Assembly (NCBI GenBank): GCA_964556885.1
Contig: CAZKYP010000001.1
Coordinates: 2,122-66,121 of the forward strand
Length of the DNA stretch: 64,000 nt
From: an uncultured Pirellulales bacterium
GTDB lineage: Bacteria; Planctomycetota; Phycisphaerae; Sedimentisphaerales; Anaerobacaceae
Reading direction: 5' to 3'
Positions 54,704-62,904 of this stretch are shown piece after piece (position 1 is the stretch's first letter; every line of letters starts with the position of its first letter). The translations under genes and the position numbers were made by a program. The notes beneath the pieces are model-generated. The model was not told the DNA's origin. It was given only the letters and a program-made list of their open reading frames with translations, and did no database searches.

Positions 54704-56848
54704 ATGTCGGGAACTGCACAATCAAATATATCCTCCTCAGACGGCTCGATCAGATTGAATCTGTCTAATGCAACTTACAGCAATCTAATATTAGTCGTCG
54801 GTCTGGTGGCGGTCCTTGCTACCCTTATAATTCCTCTGCCGACATTAATTTTGGATATGTTTTTGGCTTGTAGTATTTCACTTGCCATAGCTGTTCTGAT
54901 TATTACATTGTCATCAAAGGAAGCCCTCGAATTATCCACATTTCCTTCATTGCTGCTTTTTGTGACACTTTTTCGTCTTTCATTGAATGTCGCTTCGACC
55001 AGACTTATTCTGCTGCAGGGTGATGCGGGGAAAATAATTCAGACATTCGGCAGTTTTGTTGCTGGCGGCAGTTTCGTGGTCGGTATCGTAATCTTTCTTA
55101 TCCTTGTTGTTATCCAGTTTATCGTTATTACCAAAGGTGCCGAGCGAATCAGCGAAGTCTCGGCCCGATTTACCCTTGACGCCATGCCGGGCAAACAGAT
55201 GGCGATTGACGCCGACCTCAACGCCGGGACGATTACAGAGACGCAGGCCAACGAACGCAGGGCGAAAATCGTAAAAGAAAGCGAGTTCTACGGTGCTATG
55301 GATGGTGCCAGCAAGTTTATTCGAGGCGATGCCAAAGCAGGACTTCTCATCACTGCCGTCAATATAGTCGGCGGTATAGCTCTTGGCTATTCGCGCTTCG
55401 GCTCAATTGCTGACGCTATAAGAACCTATTCCATCTTGTCTATCGGTGACGGACTCGTCAGCCAGATACCTTCAGTCATCATATCAGTTAGTTCCGGATT
55501 CCTGGTGACGAAAATATCATCGAACTTCAGTGTCGGGCAGGATTTGTCCAAACAATTCCTGAAGTCCAGCCAGCCGTTGACCATGGCGGCCTTTATAATA
55601 GCACTAATGGCCTTCGTGCCGGGCCTGCCCAAAATACCCTTTTTATTTTTGGGAATTGGAACGGCTGCAGTGGGGAGAATGATAGCAAAGTCGGAAAAAG
55701 ACCAGAAAGACCAGCGTGGAACAACGCCGCAATCAAAAATGGAAAAACAACCGGTGGAAGAGCTTCTCGACGTCGACAGAGTATCTGTTCAGGTGGGGGT
55801 GAGATTAATCAGCATGGTTGATCCTCGCAAAAACAGTGCTATATTTGACCGTATCGGCTCACTGCGGCGGAAGTTTGCCCAACAGCTCGGTATCATTATT
55901 CCTCTTGTCCGGTTACGGGATAATATCAATCTTGAGCCGACGGCTTATGAGATAAGAATAGCCGAGCTTCCGGTTGCGAAAGGACGGCTGGAGCCGGACA
56001 TGTTTCTGGCTATGGATCCCGGGACCGTCCAGAATAAAATCCAGGGAATCAAGACTTCGGAACCTGTCTATGGGTTATCGGCTTTGTGGATTACAGTGAA
56101 CGACAAGGAAAAAGCTGAGCTTAACGGGTATACCGTGATTGATCCTGAGTCGGTATTTATTACGCACCTGTCCGAGACGTTACGGAATCACGCTGATGAT
56201 ATGCTGACCCGTGAAGACGTCCAGTTGTTGATAGACAGGCTTCGCAAAACTCAGCCGTCGCTGGTTGGTGACGTAGTTGGCCCGGATAAAGACGTGTCCA
56301 TCGGACTACTTCAACGAGTATTAAAAAACCTCATTAAAAACGGAATCCCGATTCGTGAAATGACTGCAATTCTCGAATCGCTCGGTGAATACGCACCGAA
56401 AACAAAAAATCCGGCCGTTCTGACGGAAATGGTTCGCAAACGTCTCAGCAGGACCATCACCGAACTGCATAAAACCGACGCCGGCAAGATTGTGGCAATA
56501 ACGCTGAATCCGGCGCTCGAACACCAGATGGCTTCGACCCTGCAGCAGGATGCGGATTCAATCAGCCTTGCTTTGCCGACCGACATGGCAATGGAAATCA
56601 GCAGGAAAATCGCACAGGCCTGGAAATCGGCTATGGATAAAGGCCGGGACAAGGTGGTCCTGTTATGCGATTCGAGATTGCGTTCGCCCCTGTCTGTTAT
56701 GCTGATGCGAACCGTTTCGATGCTGCCTGTGGTTGCTTACGATGAAATTGTGCTTGGGGCGGAAATAGAGCCGATAGAAACAATTTCCATTCAGCAGGTT
56801 GAATCGACGCAGACGAGGGAGCGTGAGCTTGCTGCGGCGATAAAATGA
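54704..56848 (+). CDS. flhA: Flagellar export apparatus protein FlhA
   Basis: Contains FPSLLLFVTLFRLSLNVASTRLIL, ERISEVSARFTLDAMPGKQMAIDADLNAG and GAMDGASKFIRGDA. At 714 aa it includes the cytoplasmic C-domain. Confidence 0.96.
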   Translation: MSGTAQSNISSSDGSIRLNLSNATYSNLILVVGLVAVLATLIIPLPTLILDMFLACSISLAIAVLIITLSSKEALELSTFPSLLLFVTLFRLSLNVASTRLILLQGDAGKIIQTFGSFVAGGSFVVGIVIFLILVVIQFIVITKGAERISEVSARFTLDAMPGKQMAIDADLNAGTITETQANERRAKIVKESEFYGAMDGASKFIRGDAKAGLLITAVNIVGGIALGYSRFGSIADAIRTYSILSIGDGLVSQIPSVIISVSSGFLVTKISSNFSVGQDLSKQFLKSSQPLTMAAFIIALMAFVPGLPKIPFLFLGIGTAAVGRMIAKSEKDQKDQRGTTPQSKMEKQPVEELLDVDRVSVQVGVRLISMVDPRKNSAIFDRIGSLRRKFAQQLGIIIPLVRLRDNINLEPTAYEIRIAELPVAKGRLEPDMFLAMDPGTVQNKIQGIKTSEPVYGLSALWITVNDKEKAELNGYTVIDPESVFITHLSETLRNHADDMLTREDVQLLIDRLRKTQPSLVGDVVGPDKDVSIGLLQRVLKNLIKNGIPIREMTAILESLGEYAPKTKNPAVLTEMVRKRLSRTITELHKTDAGKIVAITLNPALEHQMASTLQQDADSISLALPTDMAMEISRKIAQAWKSAMDKGRDKVVLLCDSRLRSPLSVMLMRTVSMLPVVAYDEIVLGAEIEPIETISIQQVESTQTRERELAAAIK

Positions 56849-56934
56849 TTCACTTAAAGAAAAAACGAATTCGGTATGATAGTAATTGACAAACCGGGAT
56901 TGAATATAGACGCAATAAGTAAGAAGGGATAATA

Positions 56935-57180
56935 ATGCCGTTACATGTTCGTCCAATAGCAATAAGCGCAGCAGTTATATGTTTTTTCCTTTTCAGCTTC
57001 ATCGGCTGGTTCAGCGGACTGTCGCCTTACGTTTGCAGCAAAAGGGCTCTGACAGGGGCCGCCCTTGTGTATATTGCGGGCTCATGGGCTGTGAGGGCAC
57101 TCAATAGCATCCTATTGAGTGCGATGATTTCGAACGAGATAAATCAGCAGAAGGATTTTGAAGGTGTCGGTAAAGACTAA
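56935..57180 (+). CDS. Small two-TM membrane protein of unknown function
   Basis: 81 aa with hydrophobic segments AISAAVICFFLFSFIGWF and LTGAALVYIAGSWAV, preceded by an AAGGGA Shine-Dalgarno-like sequence. It occupies the flhA-fliA interval. Confidence 0.45.
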   Translation: MPLHVRPIAISAAVICFFLFSFIGWFSGLSPYVCSKRALTGAALVYIAGSWAVRALNSILLSAMISNEINQQKDFEGVGKD

Positions 57181-57979
57181 AAATATCTCTGAAGAAAACG
57201 CGGCCGAGGATAATCAAAAGCATCTGAACAACGTTGCCCTGCGCACTTATTCAGGGCAGCAGAAGTCCGACAAGAGCTTAATTGACGACGAGCAGATCAG
57301 TGAATTTATTCCCATGGTCCACAAGATAGTCAGACAGGTCGTAACATATTTGAAACCACCTCTGTCTTTCGAAGATATGGTTTCGGCGGGGACCGTCGGT
57401 CTGGTCAAGGCTGCTCGTGATTTCGATCCGTCTCACAGCGCCGAGTTCAAGACATACGCCTACATCAGAATCAAGGGGGCTGTCCTGGATGAACTGAGGG
57501 GCTGGTCATCCGTACCGTCGAATCTGAGCAGACGGATTCGCGATGCCCAACGGGTAAGCCAAAGCATCGCCCAGGAGAAAGGTTCCGCACCCGACGACTA
57601 CGAACTGGCCGAAGAACTCGGAATAACAGTAACCGAACTCCATGAAATGTTTGATAACGCCCGCGCCCAGCATTTTATTTCACTCGACGGTTACGGTGAC
57701 GATGTACCGGGTCTTGGCAGTGTTTTGCCCGCTGATCGCAACAGCTCCCCGGACGAGCAGGTCGAACGGGCCGAGCTTATAGAAAAGCTGGCCGAAGGAA
57801 TACAAAAGCTAACGGAAAACCAACGACAGGTTATCCTGCTTTACTATCAACAGCATCTGACAATGAAACAGATTGCAGATGTTTTGGAAATAACCGAATC
57901 ACGAGTCAGCCAGGTACATTCGAGTGCCTTGTTTAACTTATCGGTAAAATTAAGGCAGTGGAAAGATGACAGAATATGA
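57158..57979 (+). CDS. fliA: Flagellar sigma factor FliA (sigma-28)
   Basis: Region 2 is VSAGTVGLVKAARDFDPSHSAEFKTYAYIRIKGAVLDELR. Region 4.2 is LTENQRQVILLYYQQHLTMKQIADVLEITESRVSQVHSSAL. The start is uncertain: TTG at 57158 or GTG at 57164, both overlapping the preceding small ORF. Confidence 0.9.
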   Translation: MKVSVKTKNISEENAAEDNQKHLNNVALRTYSGQQKSDKSLIDDEQISEFIPMVHKIVRQVVTYLKPPLSFEDMVSAGTVGLVKAARDFDPSHSAEFKTYAYIRIKGAVLDELRGWSSVPSNLSRRIRDAQRVSQSIAQEKGSAPDDYELAEELGITVTELHEMFDNARAQHFISLDGYGDDVPGLGSVLPADRNSSPDEQVERAELIEKLAEGIQKLTENQRQVILLYYQQHLTMKQIADVLEITESRVSQVHSSALFNLSVKLRQWKDDRI

Positions 57980-58229
57980 TTCAAATTTGATTAAGCCGGT
58001 GGAAAGCCTGCAAAATATTACGCGGCTGGATCCGGCCAAACGTCGCGATGGAAGAAAACCAAGGCAGCAAATGTATGAACAGAACAAGGAAGAAAACGAA
58101 TCCACCGAGGAACAATCCGGCGAAGTGTTCGATGAATCCGCAGGCCAGGAAGACGTTTTGAAAAAAGACGCCAAACATCATGATATAGAACGGGATTCCG
58201 ACACAGACAGGATTGATTTTTGTGCCTGA
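57966..58229 (+). CDS. Small highly charged (acidic) protein of unknown function, translationally coupled to fliA
   Basis: 87 aa whose ATG overlaps the fliA 3' end by 14 nt. It has an E/D/K-rich low-complexity middle. I recognise no motif. Confidence 0.4.
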   Translation: MTEYDSNLIKPVESLQNITRLDPAKRRDGRKPRQQMYEQNKEENESTEEQSGEVFDESAGQEDVLKKDAKHHDIERDSDTDRIDFCA

Positions 58230-58326
58230 AACGGGTGCTGACAATCCTTAGTTTTGACAAAAATTGGGAAACTGATTTGGAATTCTTCAGAATAATCAAC
58301 AGCTTTTGAGAAAGGCAGAGTGAAAG

Positions 58327-58548
58327 ATGGCGATAACAGCAGGACGGATCTTAAAAAGTAATGAGGTCAAAATAGAAGGCCGGTTTCGACTCAACACAGA
58401 TCAGGCGGGCCGGTGCCTGCCGCAGCAGGGTAATACCATCTCGGCCTCGCCTGATGTGCGTATTTTGGAACAACATCCCGAGTACGCCGTCATCGAGATA
58501 ACCTGTGTCTGCGGCGGAAAAACCTGTGTAAAGTGCGAATATACATAA
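58327..58548 (+). CDS. Small Cys-rich protein of unknown function
   Basis: 73 aa with the C-terminal cluster ITCVCGGKTCVKCEY (four Cys in 11 residues). A plausible AAAGG Shine-Dalgarno site lies upstream. Confidence 0.4.
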   Translation: MAITAGRILKSNEVKIEGRFRLNTDQAGRCLPQQGNTISASPDVRILEQHPEYAVIEITCVCGGKTCVKCEYT

Positions 58549-58603
58549 GACTGTATAGTGTTATTGAGACTCTTAAAAAGATGATTTATAAGATGGAATA
58601 AAA

Positions 58604-59173
58604 ATGGAGACCAGTATTATGCAAACCGGCAAACAAACAATTCTTTTACTTATTTTATCAATTTCGGTGTTTTTTCCGTCAGGTTGCACAACAAATCCAC
58701 ACCCCGCGCAGGTTACGCCGCAATCGGCCTACACTATAAAACAGCCGGGTGACTCTCTGGCAAAAAGATTTCAGGACACGATGCCACAGGGTGCTACCGC
58801 GATTGAATCCGCGATGGAACTATCGGAAAAGTATGCCAGCCTGTCGGAGCAGGCCGCCCTGTTAAAACAGCAAAACCAGGATGTGACCTCGGAGAATCAG
58901 AAGTTGAAAGAGCAGATTCTTTCAATTGAAAACCAGTTAAAACAAACACAAAAAGAGCTTACGGAAGCGAACGATTTTTTAATCGAAATGCGGATCGAGC
59001 TGAACAACTGGAAAGCCGATGTTCTTGGCTTCCGCGATGAAATGCGTGATGCTGAAACCGCTCAGCTTGAAGCGCTGCTTAAAATATTGAAAGCTCTTGG
59101 CGGGGATGTACAGGAAACCGCTGCGAGCAATAATGCGGGATCGATAGTTGCGTCGTTGAAGGTATCCGAATAA
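58604..59173 (+). CDS. Lipoprotein with coiled-coil domain
   Basis: Signal peptide plus lipobox FFPSGC. A long heptad-rich segment follows: LLKQQNQDVTSENQKLKEQILSIENQLKQTQKELTEANDFLIEMRIELNNWK. Confidence 0.6.
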   Translation: METSIMQTGKQTILLLILSISVFFPSGCTTNPHPAQVTPQSAYTIKQPGDSLAKRFQDTMPQGATAIESAMELSEKYASLSEQAALLKQQNQDVTSENQKLKEQILSIENQLKQTQKELTEANDFLIEMRIELNNWKADVLGFRDEMRDAETAQLEALLKILKALGGDVQETAASNNAGSIVASLKVSE

Positions 59174-59210
59174 TCCGAATCTGGGAAGTTTTTGTGCCTG
59201 GGTGCAATAA

Positions 59211-59858
59211 ATGAAAAATCAAATAACATCATATTCATATCATATTTGCAGGTTACTCTTAATGTTGCTGCTCATCGTGATTTTGTCAGGTTGCATTTCT
59301 AACAAAACGTCTTCACCGTTGGGCGATTACTATTATGTCAATCCTGATAAAAGTTTGTCTATGATCGGGAGGGTTACTATCGTCGAGCTTGATAACGATT
59401 CGAGTTATCCACAAATGTCCACAGACATAACGGAATCACTTTATCAGGCGCTGCAAAAGAAACAGATTTTCGGCTTGACGATAATCCGTCAGAATGATCC
59501 TTTATGGCGTTCTTTGCAGTTGCAGGGCAATTCCACATATTCTCTCGACCAGATATCGGCAATGTATGACACGCTGAAATGTGACGGTATTTTAATCGGG
59601 ACTATCACCGAGTTCAGGCCGTATCCTCACATGGCGATCGGGCTGCGGCTGAAACTTCTGGACCTGAGAGACGGACAGTTAATTTGGGCGCTTGAGCAGA
59701 TATGGGACAGCGCTGAAAAGAAGACCGAGTCCAGAATGAAACGTTATTTTCAATCCCAGAAAAGCACGGGCTTTACTCCTTTGTATGAGCAGTTGCTGGA
59801 TGTCAGCCCGCTTGAGTTCATCAAATTCGTTAGTTACGAGGTGGCCGGAACACTATAG
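59211..59858 (+). CDS. Lipoprotein with LpoB / DUF799 / FlgP-like (TolB-N-type) signature
   Basis: Lipobox ILSGC. The pattern VTIVELDNDS...DGILIGTITEFRPYPHMAIGLRLKLLDLRDGQLIWA is typical of small envelope lipoproteins of this fold. The assignment is by eye only. Confidence 0.5.
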   Translation: MKNQITSYSYHICRLLLMLLLIVILSGCISNKTSSPLGDYYYVNPDKSLSMIGRVTIVELDNDSSYPQMSTDITESLYQALQKKQIFGLTIIRQNDPLWRSLQLQGNSTYSLDQISAMYDTLKCDGILIGTITEFRPYPHMAIGLRLKLLDLRDGQLIWALEQIWDSAEKKTESRMKRYFQSQKSTGFTPLYEQLLDVSPLEFIKFVSYEVAGTL

Positions 59859-59982
59859 ATGAAAAACGGTATATTCCTTATATACGGTTTAAACTGGATA
59901 ATTTATAAAACTGTGATTTTACAGTTGTGACCGAAAAAAAATGAGTACTTGAAATAAGAATTAAAATTTGTTAAAAAGCTCT

Positions 59983-60008
59983 AAAGCTTTGGCGAAAACT
60001 TACGAAAA
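59983..60008 (+). promoter_or_regulatory. Possible sigma-28 promoter for flgM
   Basis: TAAA-gctttggcgaaaact-TACGAAAA has N15 spacing and matches the GCCGATAA -10 consensus at 5 of 8 positions. It lies 39 nt upstream of the ATG. Confidence 0.35.
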
Positions 60009-60046
60009 GAATTGTGAATTGATGATTCTTTTATTAATGTGCTGAA

Positions 60047-60316
60047 ATGATAGAAAAGATAAACACAAATCAAATATCGGATTTCATGGACAAACCGGTG
60101 TCAAAACAGCCCAATACGACCGGTGCCGTTCCCGACATTAACACGGACGTTTCTATTGATGTTAATTATGCCTCTTTGATCTACAAAGCTATTCAGGTCC
60201 CGGAAGCGGACACCCAGGCTGTTCAGCGGGCGAAAGAGCTTTTAAAGTCGGGAAAGCTCGAAAGCCCGGAAAATATCAAACAAGCTGCGGAAAATATCAT
60301 AAAATTCGGTATATAA
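60047..60316 (+). CDS. flgM: Anti-sigma-28 factor FlgM (candidate)
   Basis: 89 aa with a disordered-looking N-terminal half. The C-terminal helices AVQRAKELLKSGKLESPENIKQAAENIIKFG resemble the FlgM sigma-28-binding region. It sits in the fliA neighbourhood. Confidence 0.6.
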   Translation: MIEKINTNQISDFMDKPVSKQPNTTGAVPDINTDVSIDVNYASLIYKAIQVPEADTQAVQRAKELLKSGKLESPENIKQAAENIIKFGI

Positions 60317-60458
60317 GACATTTGTTCTGGGTCTATTTGCGACAGGCGGCAATTCTTCCAATCCCTAATAAAAAATTAATACGACAATAACACAGCCTCG
60401 GATCGTACTCAGATAATCCAATCAATTTCGTTGAGGTGATGAAAAAATTGGGACTGGT

Positions 60459-60665
60459 TTAGATATAAAGGTCGAGAATCCGTGACGTTTGATTGCCGTT
60501 TGATGTTTCTACCATTTTCCTGCAATTTGTATATGTGAAGGCTTTGCTATCGTACTCCGTATCGCATTTGATATCGTACAGAGTTTTATAGTGTGAAAAT
60601 TCACCGTCCTCATTGAGAGGAACTGATTTGATGACCCTGCATGTAATTTTTTTTCTCATCCCCAA
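60459..60665 (-). CDS. Hypothetical small protein
   Basis: ORF only (68 aa). I recognise no motif and see no clear Shine-Dalgarno site. Confidence 0.2.
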   Translation of the reverse strand: MGMRKKITCRVIKSVPLNEDGEFSHYKTLYDIKCDTEYDSKAFTYTNCRKMVETSNGNQTSRILDLYI

Positions 60666-60850
60666 CCTCGAGTTTCATTATAGCAAAATTCGGCAAGTTA
60701 GTCAAGAGAAAAATGCAGTACCGGATATGTTGCATATGGGGAAATAATATGAATCAGGGGAGCGTTTAATATACGGACCGAATCAATGGTTGATAATAAC
60801 CGGCCCCACAGATAAAATTTCCGGTAAAGGTCTGGTAAGGAATTGTAGTT

Positions 60851-61051
60851 ATGCAGATTATCGCCAAGTGTCCGAAATGCGGCAGTACATGGTTGCTCGA
60901 CGGTAGTACTGCGGACCGAAGGATAAGATGCCGGAAATGTGGCAGGTTATTCAAGGTCCCGAATCAGGATGAGGTACCAAAAGCGACCGAGATAATAAAA
61001 CAGGTAAAAGGGACCGTCTACGTCGATGAATCAGGTAAAACTTACGGTTGA
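60851..61051 (+). CDS. Zinc-ribbon (MJ0042-type CxxC...CxxC) small protein
   Basis: The N-terminus has IAKCPKCGSTWLL...RIRCRKCGRLFKVP, giving two CxxC pairs. Confidence 0.55.
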   Translation: MQIIAKCPKCGSTWLLDGSTADRRIRCRKCGRLFKVPNQDEVPKATEIIKQVKGTVYVDESGKTYG

Positions 61052-61107
61052 AAAGTAAAAAGCAAACTACTGATAAATATACCGCCTTTTGTTGATGTAT
61101 TATCTAA

Positions 61108-61491
61108 TCATTTTCGGCCTTCCGTTTTTGATTTTGCATCGGTAGTTTGAATTGTTGTGTTCACTTCTATGCCAAGTGTCTTTTCAATTCTTGCGGTTTT
61201 AGCGGCCAGTTCCGTCAATTTGGCATCGATTGAATCAAGCTTCGTGATAATTGTTTCGAGGTCCGAGCCCATTCCCGTCAAATTCCGTTCGGTTAGGTCC
61301 ATATATCTGTCCATCAGACGCTCGTAAGCGTCAACGACGCGGTCAATATCGGTTTTATACTCAGGTATGGTCAGATTGGGCTGGACTTCGTAAGTCCTCT
61401 GGCTGCTTTGGATTGAACCTGAAAAACAAATTATCGATATACAGCATATCAGTATTATCACGATGGTCGGTAAATACTTTTTCATTTTCAT
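61108..61491 (-). CDS. Exported coiled-coil protein of unknown function
   Basis: Has a signal/TM segment (YLPTIVIILICCISIICFSG) and a helical body. Confidence 0.45.
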   Translation of the reverse strand: MKMKKYLPTIVIILICCISIICFSGSIQSSQRTYEVQPNLTIPEYKTDIDRVVDAYERLMDRYMDLTERNLTGMGSDLETIITKLDSIDAKLTELAAKTARIEKTLGIEVNTTIQTTDAKSKTEGRK

Positions 61492-61566
61492 GGTAATATC
61501 TCCAATATATTTACATTGTGCAATTTGTTTATCGGCATAAAGGACGTTTGAAATAAGGTAACGACG

Positions 61567-62622
61567 CTAAAAATCCAGGCTATTAATGACTTCCATCAGC
61601 GAAAGCTCCACGTAACAAACAGATGTATCCGCCGCCCCATAATAGATTCTGAGCTTGTCGCCTTCAGGCAGCAGGCCGCAGCTAAAGACCACATTTCCGA
61701 AAAAGCCGTTACATTCGTAGTCGGCTTCCGGAGTAAAAATCGGTTCTTTTGACCTGCCTAAAATAATATATGGTTTTTTGGCTTCGAACAAGGCGGCGCC
61801 GAGGTAATAGCGGTTATTATGGTCCGCACCGTGATAGATTTCCAGCCATCCCATCTCAACTTTGAAGGGTACTGCTCCGGCCCCGATTTTCATCTGGTCC
61901 CAGAAGTTGTTGCGCGGACTCATAATACAGCGATGATTTCCCCAATTTAGCAAATCGTGTGATTGAGCAATCCAGATTTCATGCTTCTGAAATAAGGTTG
62001 AAACGGGTCTGTGAAGGGCGTAGTATTTTCCTTCGATTCGTTCGGGAAAAATAACCACATCCTTGTTGTCGGGGCAGAAGATTATGCCGTGTCGCTCGAA
62101 AGAGATAAAGTCCTTCGTCGATGTCAAACAGGTTGTTACCCCAGACTCGGATACGGCTACATAATCGATATAATACCGACCGTCAATAAATGTTATCCGT
62201 GGATCTTCAAGACCAAAGGCTTCATATTTATTTGCAGGCGAAATGGTGGGGCGGTCGTCTATCCGGAAATTGATTCCGTCATTGCTTATTGCCAGTCTCA
62301 AATGTGAAATGCTGGTCAGGTATGTTTGTGATGTAGTTTTAATCAGCCGGGGATCAGAAAAGTCATTCTCCGGATCATCTCTCAGAAATTCTTTTATAAC
62401 TATATGATTTTCATGAATATCAAAAACAGCCGTCTGAACTATGTTAGGATTTACGTTAACCGGTCTTTCCGCCACCCGAAGCAGCAGAATAATATCTTCC
62501 TTATAACGGGCGACACCGGCGTTAAAAACACCGATAACTTCGAAATCTTCCCTGGACGGCTTAATATCATCAGGCTTAATCAGCGGATTTTCCGGTACTC
62601 GTAATACTTTCGCTTTATTCAT
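61567..62622 (-). CDS. GH130-family glycoside phosphorylase/hydrolase-like protein
   Basis: Contains FNAGVARYKEDIILLLRVAE, FGLEDPRITFIDGRYYIDYVAVS and the C-terminal KLRIYYGAADT. These are characteristic of the beta-mannoside phosphorylase fold. Confidence 0.75.
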   Translation of the reverse strand: MNKAKVLRVPENPLIKPDDIKPSREDFEVIGVFNAGVARYKEDIILLLRVAERPVNVNPNIVQTAVFDIHENHIVIKEFLRDDPENDFSDPRLIKTTSQTYLTSISHLRLAISNDGINFRIDDRPTISPANKYEAFGLEDPRITFIDGRYYIDYVAVSESGVTTCLTSTKDFISFERHGIIFCPDNKDVVIFPERIEGKYYALHRPVSTLFQKHEIWIAQSHDLLNWGNHRCIMSPRNNFWDQMKIGAGAVPFKVEMGWLEIYHGADHNNRYYLGAALFEAKKPYIILGRSKEPIFTPEADYECNGFFGNVVFSCGLLPEGDKLRIYYGAADTSVCYVELSLMEVINSLDF

Positions 62623-62904
62623 TCTTAATCCTTAATTTTAGTCTCTAAAAGTCCGAAATCTTATTTAGGATCGTAAATTTCTAATGATAATAACTCAATA
62701 TGTCAGATTCAAGTGATCTGGCCAAAAAACGTTTATACGAGTACTAATGTCTAAAATACAGCTTGTATCGAATTTTCATGGAACTTTAAAAGAGCATCAT
62801 CGTAGGCTACTTAACGAAAAAGATTTGGTATAAACGATATGAATCTGTTATTATAGGTAAAATGCTTTTTTGGCTAATGTGTCTATTTGGGAAGGGTTAA
62901 GAAG

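Noticed and set aside
59174-59210. A GG-N10-GC arrangement (GGAAGTTTTTGTGC) just upstream of the lipoprotein gene at 59211.
   Set aside because: Only the invariant dinucleotides match, and the CAC and TTGC contexts are absent. The element lies about 20 nt from the ATG, which leaves no room for a leader with a ribosome binding site.
59859-59900. A possible intrinsic terminator after the lipoprotein gene (gtatat-tcctt-atatac).
   Set aside because: The stem is a 6-bp all-A/T-rich helix with one G:C pair and no following T-tract. That is too weak to call.
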